Positions 1 through 9,009 are shown, counted from the first letter of the stretch. The stretch: DNA of 64,000 bases from Patescibacteria group bacterium (GCA_041660565.1 JBAZWC010000002.1:20315-84314), one strand, 5' to 3'. A program made the numbers and translations. The notes: generated from the letters alone by a model not told the origin.

Positions 1-810
1 GACCACTACCAAAAGCATTTTGATCGCTTAAATAACGCGTTAAATAAATACGCGTGGGACGGCCGATGGTATGTGCGTGCCACCTGTGATAACGGTCAAA
101 AAATCGGAAGCCATACCAATGAAGAAGGAATGATTCACCTAAACGGGCAAACGTGGCCAATTATGTCTGGAGTGGCAGATAAAATTCGAGGCGAAACCGC
201 CATGGATCAGGTATGGAAAAAACTAATGACTCCGTTTGGTCCGGCCATTTTTCTGCCGCCATTTACCGCCAAAAATGCCGATTTGGGAATTATTGCCCAA
301 TTTACCCCCGGCACCAAAGAGAATGGCACCATCTTTTTGCACCCGGCCGCTTGGTCGGTTATTGCCGAAAGCGTGCTTGGCCGTGGTGATAAAGCGTTTG
401 AAATATGGCGACGCTCTTCGTTCATCACCCGAAGCCAAGATCCTAAATATAAATCTGAGCCATACGTTTATCCCGAATACATGTACGGCCCGGCACACCC
501 TAAGTTTGGCCAAGGGTCATATACCTGGATTACCGGTTCCGCAGCCTGGTTTTACCGCGCCTGTACAGACTGGATTTTAGGCGTTCGTCCTACACTAGAG
601 GGATTGTTGATTCTGCCCGCAGTACCAAAATCATGGAAAAACTGGAATGTCACACGAGATTTTCGCGGCGCCAGATACGAAATTAGCTTCATAAAATCAA
701 AAAACCGCCATAAGCGGATTAAGATCTCTGTTGACGGAACGGAAATTGACGGAAATGTGGTACCAGACATGGCCGATGGTAAGACACATCAGGTAAAGGT
801 TGAGATATAA
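1..810 (+). CDS. C-terminal fragment of a glycoside phosphorylase/hydrolase-like protein (GH94/GH65-like alpha/alpha-toroid family); 5' end lies outside the window
   Basis: Frame 1 is open from nt 1. The C-terminal motifs (YVYPEYMYGP...GSYTWITGSAAWFYRA) are typical of cellobiose/chitobiose phosphorylase-type catalytic domains. It sits next to GT4 and glycosidase-like genes. Confidence 0.45.
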   Translation, partial: DHYQKHFDRLNNALNKYAWDGRWYVRATCDNGQKIGSHTNEEGMIHLNGQTWPIMSGVADKIRGETAMDQVWKKLMTPFGPAIFLPPFTAKNADLGIIAQFTPGTKENGTIFLHPAAWSVIAESVLGRGDKAFEIWRRSSFITRSQDPKYKSEPYVYPEYMYGPAHPKFGQGSYTWITGSAAWFYRACTDWILGVRPTLEGLLILPAVPKSWKNWNVTRDFRGARYEISFIKSKNRHKRIKISVDGTEIDGNVVPDMADGKTHQVKVEI

Positions 811-894
811 GCACTAAATTCGAAGCACGAAGCACGAAAAAAATCACAAATCCCAATTTTTAATTTTTAAACCTTTGAATTTTATATTTGATAT

Positions 895-1986
895 TTATTT
901 CGAATTTTTGTTTGGCATGGCCATCTCTAACGCTGCCAACAAATACATAATAGTAGATTCGGCACCACGGTTTTGATTCAAACTGTTACTATGCAGACCG
1001 TCAAAGCATGATCCAATTTTTGGGTCCGCAACCTCTAAACCAACCATATTTTTACCGCTAAACCAATCAAACCAAAGTCTGGCCGAGTTTAAGTATTTTT
1101 TATTTTTTGTGACGGAATAGGCTTGTTTCAAGGCCAATATAGTCAGAGCAACATCTATTGGTTGCTGGTCAAAAAATGCTCTCTCCCCATCTTTGACAAA
1201 CCAGCCGTTACTACCAATTGGTGCGGCCACTTTAATATCGTCAGCCAGTGCCATTTCAGTTTGAGATAGTATCCAGTCTAAAGATTTAATCCCCAGATCG
1301 ATCATTTTTTGATCATTAATCGCCTGTCCACCCCCTAGCAACGCCATCGGAATAAGTGCGTTTGAGTAGGCTAAAATATTTTCAAACCACGGCCAGTTAT
1401 TTGTTGAATATCGTTCAAACCCTTTTTCAAGATGAATCAATCCGTGCTTAATAATTTGTTTCCCCTGCTCAAAATCAGGATTTTTTCGCACATATGCTGA
1501 TAATCCGCACAAAGCATAGGCAATTGCCCGAGGAGCGTTTAGCTCTTTAATATGAACGCAGCTAGCCAGTAATAGTTCTTCAGCTAACTTTGCTTGCGAT
1601 TTATCCACCAAGTTTTCGCATGCCTCACCTAATCCCCAAATTGCGCGCCCAAACGAATCTTCAGAACCGATATCATCTACAAAATGTCGATCGTAACTAA
1701 CAAAGTTATGCATTTTGCCGTCTTCGCGTTGGCACAAATTAATATATCCTAAATAAATACTGCACAACGAGGTAAATTCTTTGTTTTTAGGCTCAATCTG
1801 CTGGCAGCGCGATGCAAAAATCAACGCTCGAGCGTTGTCGTCTAAACAGTACCCATAGCGCAAATCCGGTACATCATATCGAGCGTGTTGAACAATACCG
1901 GTTTGATCGGTCAATTTTTTCAGAAAATAGATTGACGGAATTTTAACTTGAGAAAACCGGTTTAATTTCATTTTACCTGTTCGCAA
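895..1986 (-). CDS. six-hairpin glycosidase-like hypothetical protein (GDE_C/GH63-like fold suspected)
   Basis: 363 aa ORF. It overlaps the upstream GT4 gene by 19 nt, suggesting an operon partner. Motifs GYCLDDNARAL and WGLGE are consistent with an alpha/alpha-toroid glycosidase, but this is weak. Confidence 0.4.
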   Translation of the reverse strand: MRTGKMKLNRFSQVKIPSIYFLKKLTDQTGIVQHARYDVPDLRYGYCLDDNARALIFASRCQQIEPKNKEFTSLCSIYLGYINLCQREDGKMHNFVSYDRHFVDDIGSEDSFGRAIWGLGEACENLVDKSQAKLAEELLLASCVHIKELNAPRAIAYALCGLSAYVRKNPDFEQGKQIIKHGLIHLEKGFERYSTNNWPWFENILAYSNALIPMALLGGGQAINDQKMIDLGIKSLDWILSQTEMALADDIKVAAPIGSNGWFVKDGERAFFDQQPIDVALTILALKQAYSVTKNKKYLNSARLWFDWFSGKNMVGLEVADPKIGSCFDGLHSNSLNQNRGAESTIMYLLAALEMAMPNKNSK

Positions 1987-3224
1987 TTATTTTTGTCGCA
2001 AATACTAGTGAATAAATCGAGATGCTTTAACGCCACATTGTCCCATGTCATCTGACGGCCATAAGCGTAGGCATTTCGGCGAATTTTAAGAGCATAGTTT
2101 TTATCGGTCGCCAGCTTAACCACTGCCTTGGCTATCGAATTTTTGTCGCGATATTTTGCAAGCACTCCACGATTCTCATCCAACACTTCTTGCGCATAAA
2201 TATACGGGGTAGAAACACAAGGTAGCCCGGCGCCAACCGCGTATGCCAAGGTACCGGAGGTAATTTGCTCCGGGTTTAAATATGGGGTGACATAAATATC
2301 AGTCGCTTGAAGATATGATATCAGTTCGTCTAAGGTTAGGTATCGATTTTCAAATCGAACGTGCTTTTTGATTCCTAAATCTTTAACCAGTTTGTTTAAT
2401 TTGCGACGATATTTCTCGCCCTCTTGGCGCTTGACCACCGGATGCGTCTCTCCCAACACCAAATAAATCAAGTTCGGCACGGTCTTAATAATTTCCGGAA
2501 TAGCACTAATAGCATATTCCAAGCCTTTGCCCTCATTTATCAAACCAAACGTAGACATTACCGTGCGATGTTTTAATCTAAATTTACCTTTGGCTGGCGG
2601 ATTGATGGCAAAAGTGATGTCTGGCACACCGTGAGGGATCACCACCACTTTATGACGATCGATTTGGTAGTCTTGTTCTAATCGATCAGCGGCAGCGTTA
2701 ATCATTACAATAATAGTTTCGGCAACCTCTGCGATTTGCTGTACGACATGTTTCAGAGAGTCATCCGGATGAGGCAAAACGGTATGAAAAGTAACGCAAA
2801 TCGGTTTGTTTAATAGTTTCAAAAATTTAACAATATTTTCGCCATAATGACCACCAAACAGCCCAAATTCGTGCTCTAAGCACACGATCTCGGCAGAAGA
2901 TTGATTGATGTATTTTGCCGCATCGGTATAAGTTTTCCAGTCATTTTGATCAAACCGAAATTTAACTTCCCACGGATAATCGTAATGATTTTCTGGCGGA
3001 TTAACTGCCACAATTTCCGCCAAGCAAAGCGGATTTAGTACGTTAATAGAACTGGTTAGATCTTTGGTAAAGGTGGCGATACCGCATTGGCGGGGAATAT
3101 AGCTACCGATATAAATCGCCCTAATGTTTCGTTCTTTTTTTGCCAGAACTTGGGCATAGTTAATTGACATAAACATATCATACCAAATAATCGTTAAATA
3201 AGCAATCCAATGACACCAATTCAA
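1968..3224 (-). CDS. glycosyltransferase family 4 (GT-B fold); true start possibly the internal Met at 3170 or 3176
   Basis: 418 aa with the typical GT4 layout and a C-terminal donor-binding region (E...E motif, GLPCVSTP). The N-terminal 16-18 residues of the longest ORF look non-native. Confidence 0.6.
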   Translation of the reverse strand: MNWCHWIAYLTIIWYDMFMSINYAQVLAKKERNIRAIYIGSYIPRQCGIATFTKDLTSSINVLNPLCLAEIVAVNPPENHYDYPWEVKFRFDQNDWKTYTDAAKYINQSSAEIVCLEHEFGLFGGHYGENIVKFLKLLNKPICVTFHTVLPHPDDSLKHVVQQIAEVAETIIVMINAAADRLEQDYQIDRHKVVVIPHGVPDITFAINPPAKGKFRLKHRTVMSTFGLINEGKGLEYAISAIPEIIKTVPNLIYLVLGETHPVVKRQEGEKYRRKLNKLVKDLGIKKHVRFENRYLTLDELISYLQATDIYVTPYLNPEQITSGTLAYAVGAGLPCVSTPYIYAQEVLDENRGVLAKYRDKNSIAKAVVKLATDKNYALKIRRNAYAYGRQMTWDNVALKHLDLFTSICDKNNCEQVK

Positions 3225-3271
3225 CTAATTTATCCAATCTGTGCCGATAAATGACAGCCATCGAAAAATGT

Positions 3272-3278
3272 GGTATAT
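3272..3278 (+). promoter_or_regulatory. extended -10 element (TGgTATATAA) upstream of yebC
   Basis: TGTGGTATATAA lies about 25 nt upstream of the AAGGAAGGAG RBS of yebC. Confidence 0.4.
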
Positions 3279-3304
3279 AAACAGTGTTAAGGAAGGAGTC
3301 TAAA

Positions 3305-4021
3305 ATGTCCGGACACTCTAAATGGGCCACCACCAAACATCAGAAAGCCGTTACCGACGCCAGACGTGGAGCGGCGTTTACCAAAATTGCCAATATGATC
3401 ACCGTAGCCGCACGTGAAGGTGGCGATGTGGAATTTAATTTCAAACTGCGCCTGGCGGTGGAAAAAGCCAAAGCGGCCAGTATGCCCAAAGACAACATTG
3501 AACGAGCAATTGTGCGCGGATCGGGCAAAGGTGATGGAGCCAATAAATTAGAAGAGCTGACCTACGAGGCCTACGGCCCAGGCGGATCTGCCATGATTAT
3601 CACCGCTTTGACTGATAATAAACTTAGAACATATACCGACATTCGGGCGATAATGAACAAGGCGAACGGCCGCATTGCCGAAGCTGGTTCGGTGATGTAC
3701 TTGTTTAAGCATAGTGGCGAGATTATCGTTTCGCACGCACCGGAAAAATCAGACGAAGTACAGCTAATTGCCATAGACCAAGGCGCAGACGATGTTGAAA
3801 GCGATGAAGGGCTAACCCGCGTCATCACCGCCGTACCGGATCTGCAAAAAATCCGTCAGGGTCTACTTGATGCGGGATTGACGGTGGATGACGCCAAGTT
3901 GCAATGGATCGCCAAAACTCCGCATATTTTATCAGATGAAGATTTAGCAAAATTAGATAGATTAATTGAACTATTAGATGAACTAGACGATGTCACCGAA
4001 GTAGCAACAAACGTTGGATAG
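3305..4021 (+). CDS. yebC: YebC/PmpR family DNA-binding transcriptional regulator
   Basis: N-terminus MSGHSKWATTKHQKA is the family signature. RBS AAGGAAGGAG lies 6 nt before the ATG at 3305; the longer GTG-3284 version in the ORF track is unlikely. Confidence 0.85.
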   Translation: MSGHSKWATTKHQKAVTDARRGAAFTKIANMITVAAREGGDVEFNFKLRLAVEKAKAASMPKDNIERAIVRGSGKGDGANKLEELTYEAYGPGGSAMIITALTDNKLRTYTDIRAIMNKANGRIAEAGSVMYLFKHSGEIIVSHAPEKSDEVQLIAIDQGADDVESDEGLTRVITAVPDLQKIRQGLLDAGLTVDDAKLQWIAKTPHILSDEDLAKLDRLIELLDELDDVTEVATNVG

Positions 4022-4128
4022 TAAGGGCGTTTAGGGGGCTTGGGGGAGTTAGGGTCATTGGGAGAGCCAAATGGTTCCCCAAAACCCCTAACCACCCTAA
4101 AATCCCTAACGCCTTTCGAATTTTTGAC

Positions 4129-4168
4129 AAAAGAAAACGCCCCGTGCCATACAGGCCACGGGAGCGTT
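4129..4168 (-). terminator. rho-independent terminator (GC hairpin CCCGTGGCC..GGCACGGGG + TTTTCTTT on minus strand), copy 1 of a duplicated 39-nt unit
   Basis: A near-identical 39-nt sequence recurs at 4494-4532. It lies directly downstream of minus-strand gene 4181..4408. Confidence 0.55.
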
Positions 4169-4180
4169 AGTGCGGGCGGG

Positions 4181-4408
4181 CTACTGCTCTGCCAGATACG
4201 CGGTGTATTCCCGCGCGTCCAGATCATAGGTCAGGATGCACCTGTCTCGGTTACCCGGAGTCAGGCTGCAATGTCGGGTAGTAGCGCCGATGGCGCTTGC
4301 GGGCGGTTCCACGCCGATGGGGGCGGGGACAACTGGTCGTCCTTGGAACGCACTCTTGACGCCCGTACCATCTGGGTGCCAAAGAATGTAGGCGGGTATT
4401 GCTTGCAT
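4181..4408 (-). CDS. small hypothetical protein, paralog C of a tandem triplet (GC-rich islet)
   Basis: RBS GGGAGAAGG precedes the ATG. It shares the motif block PGNRDRCILTYDLDAREYTAY with EDCVLVKMGTVYFAYP and EDCILVPGPSGKTYFAFP in the two upstream genes. Confidence 0.5.
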   Translation of the reverse strand: MQAIPAYILWHPDGTGVKSAFQGRPVVPAPIGVEPPASAIGATTRHCSLTPGNRDRCILTYDLDAREYTAYLAEQ

Positions 4409-4493
4409 AACCTTCTCCCGTGATATGAATCATCAGTGCAAGTTGGCCTTACGCCTTTAGTGTCTGTTTTTATATTCGCTTTGTCAAATATGT

Positions 4494-4532
4494 AAAGAAA
4501 ACGCCCCGTGCCATACTGGCCACGGGGACGTT
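4494..4532 (-). terminator. rho-independent terminator, copy 2 of the duplicated 39-nt unit
   Basis: Same hairpin and T-tract, downstream of minus-strand gene 4547..4879. Confidence 0.55.
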
Positions 4533-4546
4533 GATAAAAGCGAAGC

Positions 4547-4879
4547 CTAACCTTTTGCCGGGTAGGCGAAGTAGACAGTTCCCATCTTTACCAGCACGCA
4601 GTCTTCCTCCTGCCCGACTGTGGGGTATTGTGTTCTGGTTTTGGCAGATAATCCCGTCGGGGGTTTGTCTCCAAGGCGGGACGGGAAAACCGCCGCCCGC
4701 AGGTAAAAGGCCTTGACAGGATCTGTACCGGGGTTGTGACGGAGATGGCGACGCGGGTTATCGCCCCACGTTACCGTAAAACGAACGACCAGTTGTTGAT
4801 CTTGCACCACCACGTCAGTCTCCTTTGTGGTTGGTGAAACGCCCCCGGCCGGGTGGCCGAAGGGCGTCGTCAAAGGCAT
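4547..4879 (-). CDS. small hypothetical protein, paralog B of the tandem triplet
   Basis: Its start abuts the stop of 4881..5282 (translational coupling). Conserved blocks TVTWGDNPRRH, AVFPSRLGDKPP and EDCVLVKMGTVYFAYP align with paralogs A and C. Confidence 0.5.
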   Translation of the reverse strand: MPLTTPFGHPAGGVSPTTKETDVVVQDQQLVVRFTVTWGDNPRRHLRHNPGTDPVKAFYLRAAVFPSRLGDKPPTGLSAKTRTQYPTVGQEEDCVLVKMGTVYFAYPAKG

Positions 4880-4880
4880 G

Positions 4881-5282
4881 CTACTTGGTTGGGTTCAACA
4901 CGATGGTGATTCGTCCGTCGGGGGACTTGGTGACCCCACCGAGCCGATATCCATCAGCGAGAGTCAGCACATTACCGTCGATATCGTATGTTGTGCATAC
5001 TATAACCTCGACGACATCACCCTGATCCATGACTGGGAAAGCGAAGTACGTCTTCCCGGATGGACCAGGGACAAGAATGCAATCCTCCGAATCCCCAACA
5101 ACAGGATACCTCTTTCGCGCCACCGCCCCGGAATCCTCTGGGGGGATATATCCGAGGTCCGACGGGAAAACGATCACGTTGCCGTGAGCTGCAACGCAGT
5201 TGCTGGAGCCAGGTTTCCTGTTCCAGCGCTCATTCTTCTGCCACGTGATAACGACACGAACACGGTCAGGTACTTCCGGCAT
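4881..5282 (-). CDS. small hypothetical protein, paralog A (longest, with a ~40 aa C-terminal extension)
   Basis: RBS AAAGGA lies 7 nt upstream of the ATG. It is GC-rich. The opposite-strand ORF 4827..5357 is judged an antisense artefact. Confidence 0.5.
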   Translation of the reverse strand: MPEVPDRVRVVITWQKNERWNRKPGSSNCVAAHGNVIVFPSDLGYIPPEDSGAVARKRYPVVGDSEDCILVPGPSGKTYFAFPVMDQGDVVEVIVCTTYDIDGNVLTLADGYRLGGVTKSPDGRITIVLNPTK

Positions 5283-5481
5283 TGCAATGTCCTTTCATTA
5301 ACTAAAATGAGAGGCTGCCACAGTATCAGTATTAGCATATTGTCACATATAGAATAGAATGTCAATATGTTATTCGTTCGGTTTAGAGGTTATACTACAA
5401 TGTGAAGTCGGATTAGGTTCGCCACAAAGCGGGCGGACATGCTAGTCCGCCCCTACACCACAGGGAAGAACAAGGAGGAAA

Positions 5482-6009
5482 ATGAGAATTTTAGGAATTG
5501 ATCCGGGTACCGCCATTATTGGCTACGGGATGATTGAATGTGATCACGGCGAAATCGTGTGCGGATATCATCACGCCATCTATGGCGCAATTCAAACCGA
5601 CAAAGATCAAACCGCATCGGCACGCTTGTTAGTTCAGTACGGTCAACTTACCGGATTAATCAGGTCTGCTAAACCTGACTTAATTGTCACCGAGAAACTG
5701 TTTTTTGCCCGAAACGTTACCACTGCCATTGCCGTTGGGCAATCGCGCGGCATTATTTTGCTTACCGCCGAACAAGCCGGCGCACCATTGTTTGAATACA
5801 CGCCAATGCAGATTAAGCAGCAGATTACCGGTTACGGCAAGGCAGATAAAAAGCAGATTCGCGAAATGGTTAAGAAAATTATGCAATTAGACACCGAACG
5901 CACTAAATTAGACGATGCGTGGGACGGCTTGGCCATTGCGATAACTCACTGCTATCTTGCGGGTTTGGCAGTCCGACCAGAGTTTATAGTACAAAATACG
6001 AAGCACTAA
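5482..6009 (+). CDS. ruvC: crossover junction endodeoxyribonuclease RuvC (Holliday junction resolvase)
   Basis: MRILGIDPGT N-terminus. RBS CAAGGAGGAAA. It is the usual neighbour of yebC, here separated from it by the GC-rich islet. Confidence 0.85.
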   Translation: MRILGIDPGTAIIGYGMIECDHGEIVCGYHHAIYGAIQTDKDQTASARLLVQYGQLTGLIRSAKPDLIVTEKLFFARNVTTAIAVGQSRGIILLTAEQAGAPLFEYTPMQIKQQITGYGKADKKQIREMVKKIMQLDTERTKLDDAWDGLAIAITHCYLAGLAVRPEFIVQNTKH

Positions 6010-6153
6010 GCACGAAATACGAAACAAATTCAAAATTAAAAAAGTTTAAAAATTTCAAATTTCAAATTTCAAATTTTCATTATCGCCAAACAAAACGTAT
6101 TGGATTCTGCCATCCACAATGACACCGCACACTTTTTAATCTAGAATAAAGTT

Positions 6154-7122
6154 ATGCCCAGAATTCGTCAAAATATTGTTACCGGGGAATGGGTGGTGGT
6201 GGCACCTGAACGCGCCAAACGCCCCGAAGAATTTAATAAACGGCCTTTTTCGGCGGCCCTGCTGCACGACCAAGAATGTTTCTTTTGTGTTGGCGGTTCG
6301 GCGTGGAACGAACGACTAGACCGCGTTGGTAGTAAAAATATTTACGTTATTCCAAATAAATTCCCCGCTTTTACCAAAGAAACTAATATTGAAGAGACCG
6401 GACACGATTTTTTCTCCGACAACTCGGCCGAAGGTGTTCACGAGGTGATTATATTATCCAATCCAAATGATGCACTGAATAAAATATCGTCTAAAAATTT
6501 AGCGGATTTATTACAGGTGATGCGTGATCGCACCCGATTTTATCAACAAGACGTCAGTATTCGATCGTTTACCCCTATTTACAATCACGGCTTGGGTTCC
6601 GGCGCTTCGGTAAATCATCCTCACGCTCAATTTTTTGGCAATAATTTAGTGCCACCCAGACTACTCAATGAATTTATGGGCTCGGAACAGTACTTTCACC
6701 ATCAGCGCAACTGCGTTTTTTGTGATTTATTAACTTTTGAGCTTAAAGAAAATTCGCGTGTTGTTTTTAAGAATGACGGCGCGGTGGCCGTGACCGCATA
6801 CGCACCCAGATTTCCGTTTGAAACTTGGATTATCCCTACCGACCACTTGTCCACTTTTGCCGGAGCGTCTGACAAAACTTTGAAACAAGTTGCCGAAGCC
6901 TTGCGATCAATTATGAAACAGTTTGACCAAAAATTAAGTAATCCACCCCTAAACTGGTTTATCCACACTTCACGAAGTTTTGATTATCACCAAAAAATGA
7001 CCTACCACTGGCATTTGGAAATTACACCACGGCTTTCCACCTACGGTGGTTACGAACTAGCCACCGATATGACTATCGAAACAGTAATGCCCGAAATCGC
7101 CGCCAGATTCCTTAAATCATAA
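6154..7122 (+). CDS. galactose-1-phosphate uridylyltransferase family (GalT-like HIT nucleotidyltransferase)
   Basis: Zinc-knuckle CFFC near the N-terminus and the HIT-like active site NHPHAQ (the GalT H-P-H motif). Confidence 0.6.
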   Translation: MPRIRQNIVTGEWVVVAPERAKRPEEFNKRPFSAALLHDQECFFCVGGSAWNERLDRVGSKNIYVIPNKFPAFTKETNIEETGHDFFSDNSAEGVHEVIILSNPNDALNKISSKNLADLLQVMRDRTRFYQQDVSIRSFTPIYNHGLGSGASVNHPHAQFFGNNLVPPRLLNEFMGSEQYFHHQRNCVFCDLLTFELKENSRVVFKNDGAVAVTAYAPRFPFETWIIPTDHLSTFAGASDKTLKQVAEALRSIMKQFDQKLSNPPLNWFIHTSRSFDYHQKMTYHWHLEITPRLSTYGGYELATDMTIETVMPEIAARFLKS

Positions 7123-7141
7123 GTAAATCTCACGAGCATCG

Positions 7142-7215
7142 TAGGGGCAATACCTCGTTTCACTTCGGAAACCAGAGGTTAACACGAATTGCCCGCGGGC
7201 GGTTCATGAACCGCC
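7142..7215. mobile_element. MITE-like element, family C (termini GTAGGGGC...GCCCCTAC), containing a 60-nt core shared with 30146-30205
   Basis: The core gtaggggc[a/g]atacctcgtttcacttcggaaaccagaggttaacacgaat[t/c]gccc is repeated at 30146. Its right end is a GGGCGGttcatgaaCCGCCC hairpin. Confidence 0.5.
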
Positions 7216-8660
7216 CCTACGGATTTTCTAAACATTTGTCTTTTCGATAAACTCCACCAAATAAAAATTAATATTGCCAAATACCACGGGAATAACCCGC
7301 CTTTTTGCCATGTAAATGATGCGTAGGGAATTTGACTCCCCAAGGCAATCACCCACAAAAACCCATGCAACGGATAGTACAAAATTGAGCTGGTAATTAA
7401 AGTAATTTTTAGCGGAATAGCCATCAAAATCACTCCCGCCAATCCAACTAACATCATTAGTGGAATCAGTGGCAAAATAACCAAATTACTTAAAGGTGAG
7501 ATGATGGTTAGCTGACCAAATGCACCGAGCAAATATGGTAAGGTGGCAATTTGGGCGCCCACGGTTTGGCTAAATATCAAACGCAAGCTGTCTAGCCGTA
7601 GCCATTTGGTTTTAGGATAGAGCATCGGACCGATTTCAACCAAACCAAAAAATGCCAAAAACGACAAAATGAATCCGGCGTCATCTTTAACCGCAAACGG
7701 ATTAATTATTGCCATAATAGTGGCCACGCTACAGATAAGTAGCAAACTGTGTGGCGCACGACCAATCAATTTACCCAACAGCATCACCCATGCCATTACC
7801 GCCGCGCGAACGATAGATGATGGCGCACCAGTAAAAATTACGAACAGCAAGACCAGCGCTGCGGAAAAACCAATCGCCCATTTTTTGTGCACCAAACCGG
7901 CCAACACTATTGGCCACAAGCTAATAATGGTTAAGTTATAGCCCGAAACGGCGGTCAGGTGCGAAATGCCGAGGGTGCGAAACTGGTCGGTAATTGCTTT
8001 GGGCAACAACCCCGATCCGCCAAATAGCAATCCAAACAACAAACCGGATTCGTTGTTGGGCAAAGCAATTTGATTGCGTGACTTAATGTAATCTTTAAAT
8101 TGATAAAGATAGTGAGTCAGCGGATTGCCGCGGTTAGTACTGGTGGTTTGAAATTGAGTGATTGTGGTTTGGTATTTCGCACCGCGCACCCGCCAATATC
8201 GCGCACCATCAAATTTACTGGTAGCGGTAATTTCAGATAATTTGCCCGAGAATTTGACTTCATCACCGTAGTTTAGGGTGGCGGATTGCGGGAAATAGGC
8301 CAGAATCTGCGGGTGTGATGGAATGTTGGTGACAGTTAAGACTGCTTGTTTATTATACAAACCATCGTTAAGCGGCGTAGCAAGATGCCCGGTAATTTGC
8401 ATGGCAGATCCGGTTGGAAGATTCACGTTCCAGCGGTTAAAATTCGTTTGCCATAATCCAATTCCGCCAATCAATCCAATTACACCAATTATTCCAATAC
8501 GCACCCTTTGATTTGGCCAAGAAAGCACCAAGCTAACCAACAGCCCTAAGCCAAGCCAAAAAAGTGGCAGACCGGCGGGTACAAATTCGGCTACCACGCA
8601 GCCACCAATAAATCCGAGACACAAAAAACAAATCAGATTAAGCCGATCTCGCAGTTTCAT
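7179..8660 (-). CDS. comEC: ComEC/Rec2-family competence membrane protein (DNA internalisation channel; no metallo-beta-lactamase domain)
   Basis: 493 aa polytopic membrane protein carrying the family motif GISHLTAVSGYNLTII. Confidence 0.6.
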   Translation of the reverse strand: MKLRDRLNLICFLCLGFIGGCVVAEFVPAGLPLFWLGLGLLVSLVLSWPNQRVRIGIIGVIGLIGGIGLWQTNFNRWNVNLPTGSAMQITGHLATPLNDGLYNKQAVLTVTNIPSHPQILAYFPQSATLNYGDEVKFSGKLSEITATSKFDGARYWRVRGAKYQTTITQFQTTSTNRGNPLTHYLYQFKDYIKSRNQIALPNNESGLLFGLLFGGSGLLPKAITDQFRTLGISHLTAVSGYNLTIISLWPIVLAGLVHKKWAIGFSAALVLLFVIFTGAPSSIVRAAVMAWVMLLGKLIGRAPHSLLLICSVATIMAIINPFAVKDDAGFILSFLAFFGLVEIGPMLYPKTKWLRLDSLRLIFSQTVGAQIATLPYLLGAFGQLTIISPLSNLVILPLIPLMMLVGLAGVILMAIPLKITLITSSILYYPLHGFLWVIALGSQIPYASFTWQKGGLFPWYLAILIFIWWSLSKRQMFRKSVGAVHEPPAGNSC

Positions 8661-8758
8661 AGCTCTACAATATCAGAAAACGGATGACGGAGGACAGAAG
8701 ACGGAGGACGGATCGTCGTTATTGTCAAACCCCCAACCCGTGAATCCGGAAAATAATA

Positions 8759-8882
8759 TGTCATTTCGACCCTAGGAGATTGTCAAATCGACTATGTTGG
8801 AGAAATCTGAGAAAGAATCCCTTCCAGTCTTTTCTGGAGATTTCTCCACCCTCGACTTGAATGTCGAGGAGTCGAAATGACA
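8759..8882. mobile_element. MITE-like element, family A copy 1 (TIR TGTCATTTCGAC / GTCGAAATGACA; inner IR GGAGAAATCT / AGATTTCTCC); flanked by outer IR GTGAATCCGGAAA / TTTCCGGATTCAC
   Basis: Perfect 12-bp terminal inverted repeats seen in sequence. The same architecture recurs at least 8 more times in the window. Confidence 0.7.
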
Positions 8883-9009
8883 AACCGTAGATATTTTTAT
8901 TTAATTTCCGGATTCACGTCCCAACACCCCTAATCCCCCTAAACTCCCTTACACCCCTACACAAAACCATCTTTTTCTGCCATAATTGAAGCTGACAAAC
9001 GGAGGAAAA

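Noticed and set aside
3284-3304. Longer yebC start (GTG 3284) and the longer alternative starts for trmD (16107), uvrB (18155), hisS (32983), murA (31606), adh (25878) and the secreted protein (62170)
   Set aside because: In each case a downstream ATG is preceded by a canonical SD or -10 box and matches the conserved family N-terminus. The extensions add non-conserved, often out-of-character residues.
4827-5357. 176-aa plus-strand ORF (also 4825..5025 and 5060..5248) inside the GC-rich islet
   Set aside because: Antisense to three minus-strand genes that have RBS, coupling and mutual paralogy. High-GC DNA generates long spurious ORFs on both strands, and none of these have an SD.
6040-6080. 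(TTTCAAA)n / (AAATTTA)n tandem repeats considered as possible CRISPR arrays
   Set aside because: Repeat unit is only 7 nt with no unique spacers; tracts are 3-4 units long. No cas genes in the window.
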